From Candidatus Methylomirabilota bacterium (lineage in GTDB: Bacteria; Methylomirabilota; Methylomirabilia; Rokubacteriales; CSP1-6): a DNA stretch of 29,277 nt. Shown here piece after piece: positions 9,437-17,535 of this stretch. A program made the translations under genes and the position numbers. How positions within the stretch are numbered: position 1 is the stretch's first letter; every line of letters begins with the position of its first letter. Below the pieces are notes generated by a model that saw only the letters and a program-made list of their open reading frames with translations, did no database searches and was not told the origin of the DNA. The stretch lies in assembly GCA_046726415.1 (NCBI GenBank), contig JBKPAK010000084.1, positions 1 through 29,277 of the forward strand, written 5' to 3'.

Positions 9437-9603
9437 TTAGCGGGCCAGCGCGGCCGACTCGCCTCGCGTGAGAAAGAACTCGCCGAGAGGCAGACCTTGC
9501 CCCGCTCAACGGTGAAGTTCAGATTCCGCTGTACCACGAACGATCCGTATCCGATGTCGAGCTCGCGCACGACGATCTGGGCTGACGGGGCGATGGTCGA
9601 CAT
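9437..9603 (-). pseudogene. Internally deleted MlaF-type ABC ATPase
   Basis: Start MSTIAPSAQIVVRELDIGYGSFVVQRNLNFTVERGKV, then in another frame a C-terminal-like tail EFFLTRGESAALAR*. Walker A/B and signature motifs absent. Sits between mlaE and mlaD. Confidence 0.8.
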
Positions 9604-9604
9604 G

Positions 9605-10759
9605 CTAGATCCCCAACGCATTGAGGAGGACAGCGATGATGCCTTCGGCGACCACGATGAGCACGATGGCGGTCACCACAGCCGACGTGGTCGAGAGACC
9701 CACGGCGGCGGCGCTGCGGCCGGACTGCATACCGCGGAGGCAGCCGGAGATCGCGACCAGCACGCCGAAGATGGAGCCCTTGACGAGGCCGAGCAGGAAA
9801 TCCGTCATGTCGAGGGCCGCGCGCGTGCGGTCGAAGTACTCGATGATACCAAGCCCCAACATCGACGCCCCGACGAAGGCGCCGCCGAGGATGGCCATGA
9901 GATCCGAGTACAGCGTGAGCAGCGGCATCATGAGGATGAGGGCCAGCATGCGGGGGAGGACGAGGAAGTCCATGGGCGGGATGCCCATGGTCACCAGTGC
10001 GTCGATCTCCTCGTTGACGCGCATGGTGCCAAGCTGGGCGGCGAAGGCCGCGCCAGTGCGGCCGGCCATGATGATGCCCGTCATCAGACAACCCATCTCG
10101 CGCGTGCTGGCGATGGCCACCAGGTCGGCCACGTAGATCTGGGCGCCGAACGTCCGGAGCTGCACCGCTCCCATGAAAGCCAGGATGAGTCCTACCAGAA
10201 AGCTGATGAGGGTGACGATGGGCAGCGCGTTGGGCCCGCACTCGCGGACGATCACGATCAGATCGACCCACCGGAAATCGGCCTTCCCCCGCAGGAAGCG
10301 CGCGAAGGCCAAGGTCGCCTCGCCAATGAACCCCACGAACGACCCCACGGTCTCGGTGAGCCCCAGCGTGCCCATCCCGATCCGCGCGAGCCAGGGCAGG
10401 CGCTCGACCTCTGTTCGCGTCTTCCTCTCGGGCACCGCCGTGGCCAGCCTGATGAGGCGATTGACGCCGTCGGGGAGGCCACTTTGATCGACCGCGATAC
10501 CGCGTGCCGCACAGAGCTGGACGATCTTCAAGACGAACGAGACCAGCCCGCTGTCCCACGACGTCACCTCCCGGCCATCGAAGGCTAGATGATGAACGGG
10601 AGCGCCACCGGTGACCTCGTGCTCGACGTCAACGATGGGGGGAAGCTGGTCCTGCATGCGCCAACTCCCGGCCAGAATGATGCCAAGCGAGTCGCCTGCT
10701 TCTCGCCGGAGGTCAAGCATCCACGGCCGGGCGTCAGGATGAGACGGTGTCGATGGCAC
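9605..10759 (-). CDS. MlaE family ABC permease with N-terminal STAS-like domain
   Basis: WDSGLVSF STAS region; GPNALPIVTLISFLVGLILAF, REMG, AGRTGAAFAAQLGTMRVNEEIDAL. Start may be 10720. Confidence 0.93.
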   Translation of the reverse strand: MPSTPSHPDARPWMLDLRREAGDSLGIILAGSWRMQDQLPPIVDVEHEVTGGAPVHHLAFDGREVTSWDSGLVSFVLKIVQLCAARGIAVDQSGLPDGVNRLIRLATAVPERKTRTEVERLPWLARIGMGTLGLTETVGSFVGFIGEATLAFARFLRGKADFRWVDLIVIVRECGPNALPIVTLISFLVGLILAFMGAVQLRTFGAQIYVADLVAIASTREMGCLMTGIIMAGRTGAAFAAQLGTMRVNEEIDALVTMGIPPMDFLVLPRMLALILMMPLLTLYSDLMAILGGAFVGASMLGLGIIEYFDRTRAALDMTDFLLGLVKGSIFGVLVAISGCLRGMQSGRSAAAVGLSTTSAVVTAIVLIVVAEGIIAVLLNALGI

Positions 10760-10774
10760 GTCGGGCTCCGTCCC

Positions 10775-10791
10775 GCAAGTTCGGCGCCAAG
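10775..10791 (-). promoter_or_regulatory. Sigma-54 (-24/-12) promoter for the mla operon
   Basis: Minus strand CTTGGCGCCGAACTTGC = GG-N10-GC, close to TGGCAC-N5-TTGC. Confidence 0.7.
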
Positions 10792-11240
10792 TTGGTCAGT
10801 CCGGCGGGCCGGCATCCTGCGATGAATTGAGACGGCGTTACTCCGTACCGAAGAGGCGAGTGAGGCAGGCTTCTCCCGAGCGTTGTCGCTCGTCCTCCCC
10901 ACGATATACGAAGGTGGAGCTGCGACATTTCGCGGTCCTGGCCACGACCTCAACCGAGGCCGCCAGAGCGTGTCGTATATCGGCTCCCCCGGATATGGCG
11001 TGGAGGGGAACTCCGGGCGACGCATCGGTTGCTCGTGCGGCATGGAGATCGCGTGGTCGCCCGATCATGTGCGCTCACGCGCAATTGCGCACGGGCTCGA
11101 CGAGTATACGCCAGGCGAATGCGATCGCGGGGTCACGAGATGAGACGGGAATCCCGCGACATTCCGTGGCCGCAGGGGGTCCAGTGTGTTTCTGACGCAC
11201 GCAATCCGTTGATAACTCGCGATCCTCCGCAGCGTGGATC

Positions 11241-11256
11241 CCGGCATTGAACTTGC
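11241..11256 (+). promoter_or_regulatory. Sigma-54 (-24/-12) promoter, divergent
   Basis: CCGGCATTGAACTTGC = GG-N10-GC; shares GAACTTGCGG with the minus-strand promoter. Confidence 0.6.
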
Positions 11257-11375
11257 GGCATGTCGCTCGATCGGGATTTGTGAAACTGGAGCGAGAACAA
11301 TGACTCTGCCCGCGTGTACCGGGCGACGACGTTATGAGCTCGCTGCCGCCATTCTCGCGGTGAGACGGACAAGCG

Positions 11376-11534
11376 ATGGCATCGGGCGGCCGCTGGGTGG
11401 CGTCCTCGCCGCCTTCGCCCTCGCACTTGGTCCCCGATTTCTGCGTGTATCTCTACCAGATCACCGAGACAGGCCTGTCCGCGTCGCTGACGCTCAGTGG
11501 TACCAAGTTCTTCCGGGATGACGACCTGAACTGA
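11376..11534 (+). pseudogene. C-terminal remnant of a YSC84/SYLF-like lipoprotein
   Basis: VYLYQITETGLSASLTLSGTKFFRDDDLN* resembles the C-terminus of bacterial YSC84-related proteins (recognised from memory); the rest is missing. Confidence 0.5.
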
Positions 11535-11765
11535 GGTCGTAACGGTGCAACCGCCCACGAATCATGCTTCCGCCCCCGAAAAGCTGTGACGTCAGAAACG
11601 CGCCAGGTGAGACGCATCGCCACATCGTGGGGTAAGATCGCCACGACATATCGCGGTGCACAGACTCGTTGCGGCCGCCCTGCTTCACCAGCGCCCGAGA
11701 CGACTGGATTCCCCAGGCGGATCGAACATGGCGCAAATCTTGGCTCGCCGTGAACGGCAGCCCGC

Positions 11766-12693
11766 GTGCTCGTGACTGTCATGCCGTCGTGGGCCGACGG
11801 GAATCTCCAGGATGGGCGGGCGAGGTCCGCGCCGGATCCGGCGCCGCGCCGGGCCTACCACCTCGGTGTCCGCAAGTTCCACAGCATCGTGAATCGGTTC
11901 GGGGCCGGTCCTTCGTTCGGGATCTCCGTGCTCCGCCAGGACTCGGCGATCAACAACATCGCGGAGCGTCTCCCCGACGGCGAGCTGAAGATAAGGAGTC
12001 ACGGCTTCGGCGTCGGGGGCGTGGTCGGGGTGATGATCGAGCCCACAGCGACCACGCGCTTCGGCGTCCAGTACACGACGCCCATGTCGTTCACCTACGA
12101 GAACATCATCGACTCGGTCCAGGGCCTCGGGCCGGGCTTGAGGACCCTGTTCATCGCGGTGGGAGGCCTGCTCGAGATCCCGGCGGGGAGCCAGGTCGAC
12201 CTCAAGCTCACCATGCCGCAGCAGGTGATGGCGAGCGCCTACCATCAGTTCAATGACCGGTTGGCGCTCATGGGCAATTTCGGCTGGCAGAATTGGAACG
12301 CATTTGGTCAGCCCAGCGTGATCGTTCACGGGAACCCCAATCGCCGCTTCACGGTGGACCAGGGCTACGAGGACACCTTCCACACAGCCATCGGCATCCA
12401 CTACCGGGTAGCCGAGAAGTGGCTGCTGATGGGCGGTTTTGCCTACGACAGCTCGGCGGTATCAGATTCGAGGCGGACCGTGGGCCTTCCCCGTCGACGA
12501 GCAGTTTCGCTACGCCATCGGCGTTCAGTGGGCCGTGACCAAAGACATCACGCTCGGCGCAATGTACACGCTCATCGACGCTGGATCCGCACCTATCAAT
12601 CAGTCGCGGGGCCCACTGACGGGCACGTTGGTCGGGGACTATTCACCGAACCTGCTCCACGCGATTGGGTTCAACCTCGCGTGGCGCTTCTAG
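11766..12693 (+). pseudogene. OmpP1/FadL family outer-membrane transporter, 5'-truncated and frameshifted
   Basis: Beta-barrel segments (TRFGVQY, NFGWQNW, YEDTFHTAIG, GFAYDSS); extra C in CCCC at 12489-12492 breaks LP/VDEQFRYAIGVQW; ends LAWRF* (terminal Phe). Confidence 0.8.
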
Positions 12694-12991
12694 TCGTGAC
12701 ACATGGAGGCCGTACCGCACGCCACGTACTTTCGTTCATCCTCGTCCTTGGCCTGGGTGGCCGCAATCCCTATGTCGCTGCCGTCTCGGTCGCCCACGAG
12801 ACGTATGGCGTGACCACCGACCTCCTCTCGCCGTCCACCCAGGAGGCGGACACGCAGGCCGAGGTCTAGCGCAACGCGGGACTCTTGGCTTCGACGGTGA
12901 AGGGCACCAGGACCGGCGGTACCTCAGGCGTGCGCGGGGGCCGGCGCTCCGCTACCATGGGGCCGCCCGTGTGTGCGCGTGGAGGTGGCGA

Positions 12992-13951
12992 TTGACGACG
13001 AGACCCCCGAGGAAGCGGTGCCCTCAGGGCCTGATTTCCCGTCGGGTGCTCTGGGCCGTCCTCGGGCTGGGGCTCGCGTGCGCAGGTGCCGCCACGGGCC
13101 AGGAACGAATCATCAAGGGCGCGGACGGCGCGGAGATGGTGCTCGTCCCCACCGGACCCTTCGCGATGGGAAGCGCCCCCACCGACATCGCGCGGGGCGT
13201 CGACGAGTGCCGCAAGCGAGCCAAGCCCGAGAACGAGCTCAAGTGCGAGGGCTGGTTCCGGTCGGAGGGGCCCCAGCACACCGTCGTTCTCGACGGCTTC
13301 TACATCGACCGGCATGAGGTCACCAGCGCTCAGTTCGAGAAGTTCGTGGCCGCCACCGGCTACCGGACGACCGCCGAACAAGACGGTCACGGCTGGGTCC
13401 ATCGAGAGAGGGACGGCACGTGGCGCTGGGAAAAGATTGAGGGAGCGAGCTGGCGTTCGCCCGGCGGGCCCGGGACGTCGGCTTCACCGACACACCCGGT
13501 GGTGCAGGTCTCGTGGTACGACGCCGACGCCTATTGCCGGTGGACCGGCGAGCGTCTGCCGACCGAGGCAGAGTGGGAGAAAGCCGCGCGCGGGACGGAT
13601 GGCCGACGCTACCCATGGGGCAACGAGTGGGATGCGGCTCGCGCCAACGCCCATCGGGTCGCCAAGGGGACGAGTCCGGTCGGAAGCCATCCATCCGGAG
13701 GAAGTCCATACGACATTCACGACATGGCGGGCAACGTCTGGGAGTGGACGGCCGACTGGTACGGCGCGGACTATTACCGGACCTCGCCGGAGCGGAATCC
13801 CGCGGGTCCGTCCAGCGGAAAGCATCGGGTCCTGCGCGGAGGGTCGTGGATCAACCTGCCGTTCTTTCTCGGCGTCGCCCATCGGCTCAACGAACCCCCG
13901 CAATCGCGGGGGATGAACGTGGGCTTCCGCTGTGCCAAGAGTCTGAACTGA
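12992..13951 (+). CDS. Secreted FGE-sulfatase (SUMF1/EgtB/PvdO) fold protein
   Basis: GGAGGTG RBS before TTG 12992; SRRVL signal; MVLVP.G.F.MG, HPVVQVSWYDA, RLPTEAEWEKAARG, DMAGNVWEW, RGGSW, GFRC. Confidence 0.9.
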   Translation: MTTRPPRKRCPQGLISRRVLWAVLGLGLACAGAATGQERIIKGADGAEMVLVPTGPFAMGSAPTDIARGVDECRKRAKPENELKCEGWFRSEGPQHTVVLDGFYIDRHEVTSAQFEKFVAATGYRTTAEQDGHGWVHRERDGTWRWEKIEGASWRSPGGPGTSASPTHPVVQVSWYDADAYCRWTGERLPTEAEWEKAARGTDGRRYPWGNEWDAARANAHRVAKGTSPVGSHPSGGSPYDIHDMAGNVWEWTADWYGADYYRTSPERNPAGPSSGKHRVLRGGSWINLPFFLGVAHRLNEPPQSRGMNVGFRCAKSLN

Positions 13952-13981
13952 CCCATCACGGCGCTCTTACGGCCTGAAGAG

Positions 13982-14776
13982 ATGGCCTCTCGAGAGGGCC
14001 CGGCATGGTCGAGGGGGTGGCACCTGAGCTCTGTGGCCATTGGGGGCATCGTGTTGGCCTGTCTCGTGGGCGGGACGCTCCTCGGCATCGCGCTTCGGGA
14101 CATCCTACCCGCGCACCATCTCAACACGGAATCGCGCGATCTCGTCAGGCTGGGGATGGGACTGATCGCGACGATGTCGGCCCTGGTCCTGGGCCTGCTG
14201 ATCGCCTCGGCCAAGGGCTCGTACGAAGCGCAGGCGCACGAACTCACCCACCTGGCCACCAATGTCATCGTGCTCGACCGCGTCATGGCCCATTACGGAC
14301 CCGAGACGAAGGGCGTCCGCGAGCTCCTCCGCCGCGCAGTCGTCGATGCCGTCGCTCGGATGTGGCCCGAGCACGGGTCGCGGTCGGCCCAGCTGGAGCC
14401 GACCCCCAGGTCCGAGACCATCTATGACCAGATCCAGAAACTCTCGCCGCACAATGACGCTCAGCGCGCGCTCCAGGCTCGGGCCCTCGCCATCTGCATC
14501 GATCTCGCCCGAACGCGCTGGCTGCTCGTCGAGCAAAGCGACAGCTCCGTTCCGGTGCCCTTCCTCATCACGCTGGTCTTCTGGCTCACCATTCTCTTCG
14601 CCAGTTTCGGTCTCTTTGCGCCCCGCAACGTCACCGTGATCGCGACGCTATTCGTCTGTGCGCTCTCGGCGTCGAGCGCGGTCTTCCTCATCCTGCAGCT
14701 GGATCGGCCGTTCGGGGGGCTCATTCAGATCTCCAACGCTCCCCTGCGCAACGCTCTGCAGCATCTTGGCCAGTAG
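13982..14776 (+). CDS. DUF4239 (bestrophin-like) membrane protein
   Basis: LGMGLIATMSALVLGLLIASAK, LDR....YGPE, ILQLDRPFGGLIQIS..PLR motifs. Start may be near 14024. Confidence 0.8.
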   Translation: MASREGPAWSRGWHLSSVAIGGIVLACLVGGTLLGIALRDILPAHHLNTESRDLVRLGMGLIATMSALVLGLLIASAKGSYEAQAHELTHLATNVIVLDRVMAHYGPETKGVRELLRRAVVDAVARMWPEHGSRSAQLEPTPRSETIYDQIQKLSPHNDAQRALQARALAICIDLARTRWLLVEQSDSSVPVPFLITLVFWLTILFASFGLFAPRNVTVIATLFVCALSASSAVFLILQLDRPFGGLIQISNAPLRNALQHLGQ

Positions 14777-14777
14777 G

Positions 14778-14999
14778 ATGACGCGACCGCTCTCCATGGG
14801 GCGGCCAGCGACTCTGGCCGATCACGGCGTCATTTCCCAAGTTCTTGCCCTTCGGTTGGTGGGCGCGGCCGGGCTTCGCAACCTGGTCGCCCATCAGTAC
14901 GGCGCCGTCCAGTGGGGACGGATCTACGGCGCGGCGAGCTCGTCCGACCTTGATGAGCTGTAAGCGTTCAGCACCGCGCTTGCTGCGAAGGTTCGCTGA
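14778..14999 (+). pseudogene. HepT/DUF86 HEPN ribonuclease C-terminal remnant
   Basis: LADHGVI...LRLVGAAGLRNLVAHQYGAV (RxxxxH HEPN motif); premature TAA at 14961, frame continues AFSTALAAKVR*; N-terminus and MntA partner absent. Confidence 0.7.
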
Positions 15000-15015
15000 G
15001 GGCGGTGGCGGCGGC

Positions 15016-15429
15016 CTAGCTGCGCTCGCCCTCCTGCTGGCGCTCCAGGACGCGCGCGGTGGCTCGCCCCTTGTCGGGACTGGGATCCTTGACCACGCCG
15101 TACGCCTCGCGCCCCTCGTGGCCCTCAGGCAGGTACTCCGTGATGGGAACGCCTTCCGGGGTGACGAACAGGAGGCAGTGGCAATACTTGTACTTCTGCA
15201 TCTCGTCACAGGCGCAAATCCAGCGACGGAGTTTGGCCTCTTCCTTCGGATCCGGATAGAAGTTGCAGGGACAGAGCGGGCGGCCCACTTCCTCGATGTG
15301 ACGCGCCAGCCCCATCACCACTGTCTCGGTCACGCTGACATCGGGATGGAGCGACGTGCCGGACTTCTCTGCGTACTTACGGGCATACGCCCACATCTTG
15401 TCGATGTTGCCCTGCGCCGGCTGCTTCAT
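15016..15429 (-). CDS. Ferredoxin:thioredoxin reductase catalytic subunit (FTRc)
   Basis: GRPLCPC...WICAC..M..YKYCHCLLF: CPC/CxC/CHC pattern for a 4Fe-4S cluster and active-site disulfide; AGGGAG RBS. Confidence 0.9.
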   Translation of the reverse strand: MKQPAQGNIDKMWAYARKYAEKSGTSLHPDVSVTETVVMGLARHIEEVGRPLCPCNFYPDPKEEAKLRRWICACDEMQKYKYCHCLLFVTPEGVPITEYLPEGHEGREAYGVVKDPSPDKGRATARVLERQQEGERS

Positions 15430-15469
15430 GTCATCTCCCTGCCAGATCGAGCGAGCTGGGCGGGTTGCT

Positions 15470-15709
15470 CTACGCGAGCGCCGCCAGCGCCGCCTCGATG
15501 GCGTTGGGGTTGAAGCCCGTGAGCTTCTGGTCGCCGATGAGGAGCACGGGAAGCGAGAGCAACCCGAGCGCGATCAGCTCCTGTCGGGCCTCGGGATCCC
15601 GCCCCACATTCTTCTCGGTGAACTCGACACCCTTTTGCGATAGAAACTCTACCGCTTTGTGGCACGGCCCTCAGCCTATGTTCGTATAGATGGTGATCCG
15701 TGACGCCAC
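15470..15709 (-). CDS. NrdH/glutaredoxin-like selenoprotein, UxxC (UGPC), in-frame UGA at 15673-15671
   Basis: AGGAGG RBS, GTG 15709. MASRITIYTNIG-U-GPCHKAVEFLSQKGVEFTEKNVGRDPEARQELIALGLLSLPVLLIGDQKLTGFNPNAIEAALAALA* (79 aa), full Grx/NrdH pattern; not in ORF track. Confidence 0.9.
15637..15655 (-). promoter_or_regulatory. Putative bacterial SECIS element
   Basis: Minus strand GCGGTAGA-GTT-TCTATCGC: 8-bp stem (one G-U) with GUU loop, 15 nt after UGA. Confidence 0.75.
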
Positions 15710-15926
15710 CGGCGTCCTCCTTTCCCGCGCCTACGCGGTCACGTCGCGGACAATGAGCTGACCGAGACCGGGCCGAGACGGCGAGACAAGCGGTATCCAG
15801 CAGCCCATGCATCGTTGAATCCGCAAGGTTGTGATGCACTCCGGATGCTCACCGATGCGCTCGCCCTCATCCGCAGCGTCTCACCGATACGCCCGCACCC
15901 ATCCTAGGCGCGGGCGGGCACCGCGA

Positions 15927-16358
15927 TCAAGGTGCCTCGTTGGGTACGCCCCAGGGCGAGGTGGCCACCGGCACCACCGCAAAGGCCTCGATCTCCACCA
16001 GGATGTCGTCGCGCGAGAACCCCGCCACTTCTACCAGGGTACTCGCCGGTCTGGTGGAGCCGAAGTATTCTTGTCGGACCGGATTGATCCGGTCGCGGTC
16101 GGCTCCGTTGCGCAGGAAGACCGTGACCTTGCACACGTCGGCGAACGACGCGCCGGCGGCCTCCAGGCTCTTTCCGAGATTCTTGAGCACCTGCCGGGTC
16201 TGAGCCACGACGTCACGGCCCCCGACCACCTTCCCCTCCGCGTCGAGGGCGCTGCAGCCGGAGACGAAGATGAGCTGGCCGGCCCGGACGACGTGAACGT
16301 AATGGCTGGCCGGCTCTGGCAGGTCGGTGACGAAGATCTCGATCCGATCATCGCGCAT
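15927..16358 (-). CDS. RidA/YjgF/UK114 family protein
   Basis: HY.HVVRAGQLIFVSG, QTRQVLKN, KVTVFL, IN.VR..YFG..RPASTLVEV, VEIEA. Confidence 0.9.
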   Translation of the reverse strand: MRDDRIEIFVTDLPEPASHYVHVVRAGQLIFVSGCSALDAEGKVVGGRDVVAQTRQVLKNLGKSLEAAGASFADVCKVTVFLRNGADRDRINPVRQEYFGSTRPASTLVEVAGFSRDDILVEIEAFAVVPVATSPWGVPNEAP

Positions 16359-17149
16359 CAGCGGCCCCGGAACACCGGCTCACGTTTCTCCACGAACGCC
16401 TTGGCCGCCTCGCGATGGTCCTCCGTCATGCCGCACCGGGTGTGGTGCCAGGCTTCGAGATCGAGGAGATCCTTGAGCGTCCCGCTCTCGGCCGCATTCA
16501 TGTTGCGCTTCATGTAGCGCAGGGCCACCCGGGGGCCGTTGGCCAGCCGGCCGGCCAGGGCGACCGTCTCCTCCTCCAGCCGAGCGTCGGGCACCACGCG
16601 ATTCACGAGGCCAAGCGCCAGCGCCTGCTCGGCACCGAGGATCTCGGCCGTATAGTACAGCTCGCGCGCCTTGGCCGTGCCGACGAGCTGGGTCAGGAAG
16701 TAGCTCCCGCCGAAGTCGCCGGAGTAGCCCACGCGGGCGAAGGCGGTAGCGAAGCGGGCGCTGTCGCCGGCGATGCGCAGGTCGCAGGACATGGCGAGCG
16801 AGAGCCCTGCCCCGGCCGCCGCCCCGCGCACCATGGCGATGGTAGGCTTGGGCATCTCGTGCAGCCAGCGCGACACCTCCATGCGCGAGCGCAGGATGGA
16901 GGCCTTCTCCTCCAGCGTCTCGCCGCCAAACTCACGCCCCTCCGCCATGGCCTTGACGTCGCCTCCCGCGCAGAAGGCACGCCCGGCACCCCTCAGGACG
17001 ACTGCGCCGACCGCGGAATCGTCAGCGAGGCGAGGCAAGGCCTCCAGCATGGCATCGAGCATGGCCAGCGACATGGCGTTCAGGCGGTCGGGGCGATTCA
17101 GCGTGAGCATCGCCACGCCGTCCTTGACCACTTCCACCAACTCACTCAT
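16358..17149 (-). CDS. Enoyl-CoA hydratase/isomerase (PaaG-like crotonase)
   Basis: LTLNRPDRLNA, AFCAGGDV, KPTIAMVRGAAAGAGLSLA, AFVEKREPVF; ATG 17149 after GGAG; TGATG overlap with RidA gene. Confidence 0.92.
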   Translation of the reverse strand: MSELVEVVKDGVAMLTLNRPDRLNAMSLAMLDAMLEALPRLADDSAVGAVVLRGAGRAFCAGGDVKAMAEGREFGGETLEEKASILRSRMEVSRWLHEMPKPTIAMVRGAAAGAGLSLAMSCDLRIAGDSARFATAFARVGYSGDFGGSYFLTQLVGTAKARELYYTAEILGAEQALALGLVNRVVPDARLEEETVALAGRLANGPRVALRYMKRNMNAAESGTLKDLLDLEAWHHTRCGMTEDHREAAKAFVEKREPVFRGR

Positions 17150-17535
17150 TACACTCTCCAACAGGATGCGAGGTTCGCCAGATGGTGCGCGCCTCAAGAT
17201 CCTGACGCCCCGGACCCTTCTCGATACTCCGACCCGCCCCCAGGGGAGCGCGAGCCCGCGACCACCGGGGGTCGCATTCAAGGCAGACGCGCTGGGCGTT
17301 ATCATACCGGTCACCGAGAATTGCGCGCCAGGGCACCCACGATGGAAGCGGTGAAGGACGCCGCCATCTGTACGAGGTCGAGCGCCGCGCCGGTGACGCG
17401 AGAGGCCCAGCTTCTGGATCACGAGCTTCCGATCGGTCCCGCCCTCCTGCGTAGCGCCCATCACTGAACAAGGCATGAGCCACGGGCGGGGGGCGGACCT
17501 CCGGACCGCATGGCAGAGCGTCGTACCATGAAGGG

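Noticed and set aside
12489-12492. Phase variation or programmed frameshift in FadL
   Set aside because: A C4 run is too short and the gene also lacks its 5' part; decay or sequencing error is more likely.
14961-14963. Recoded stop in the HepT fragment
   Set aside because: It is TAA at a non-Cys position in an already truncated gene; a simple nonsense mutation.
15426-15839. 137-aa minus-strand ORF upstream of FTRc
   Set aside because: Arg-rich and lacks family motifs; overlaps the Sec-glutaredoxin in another frame.
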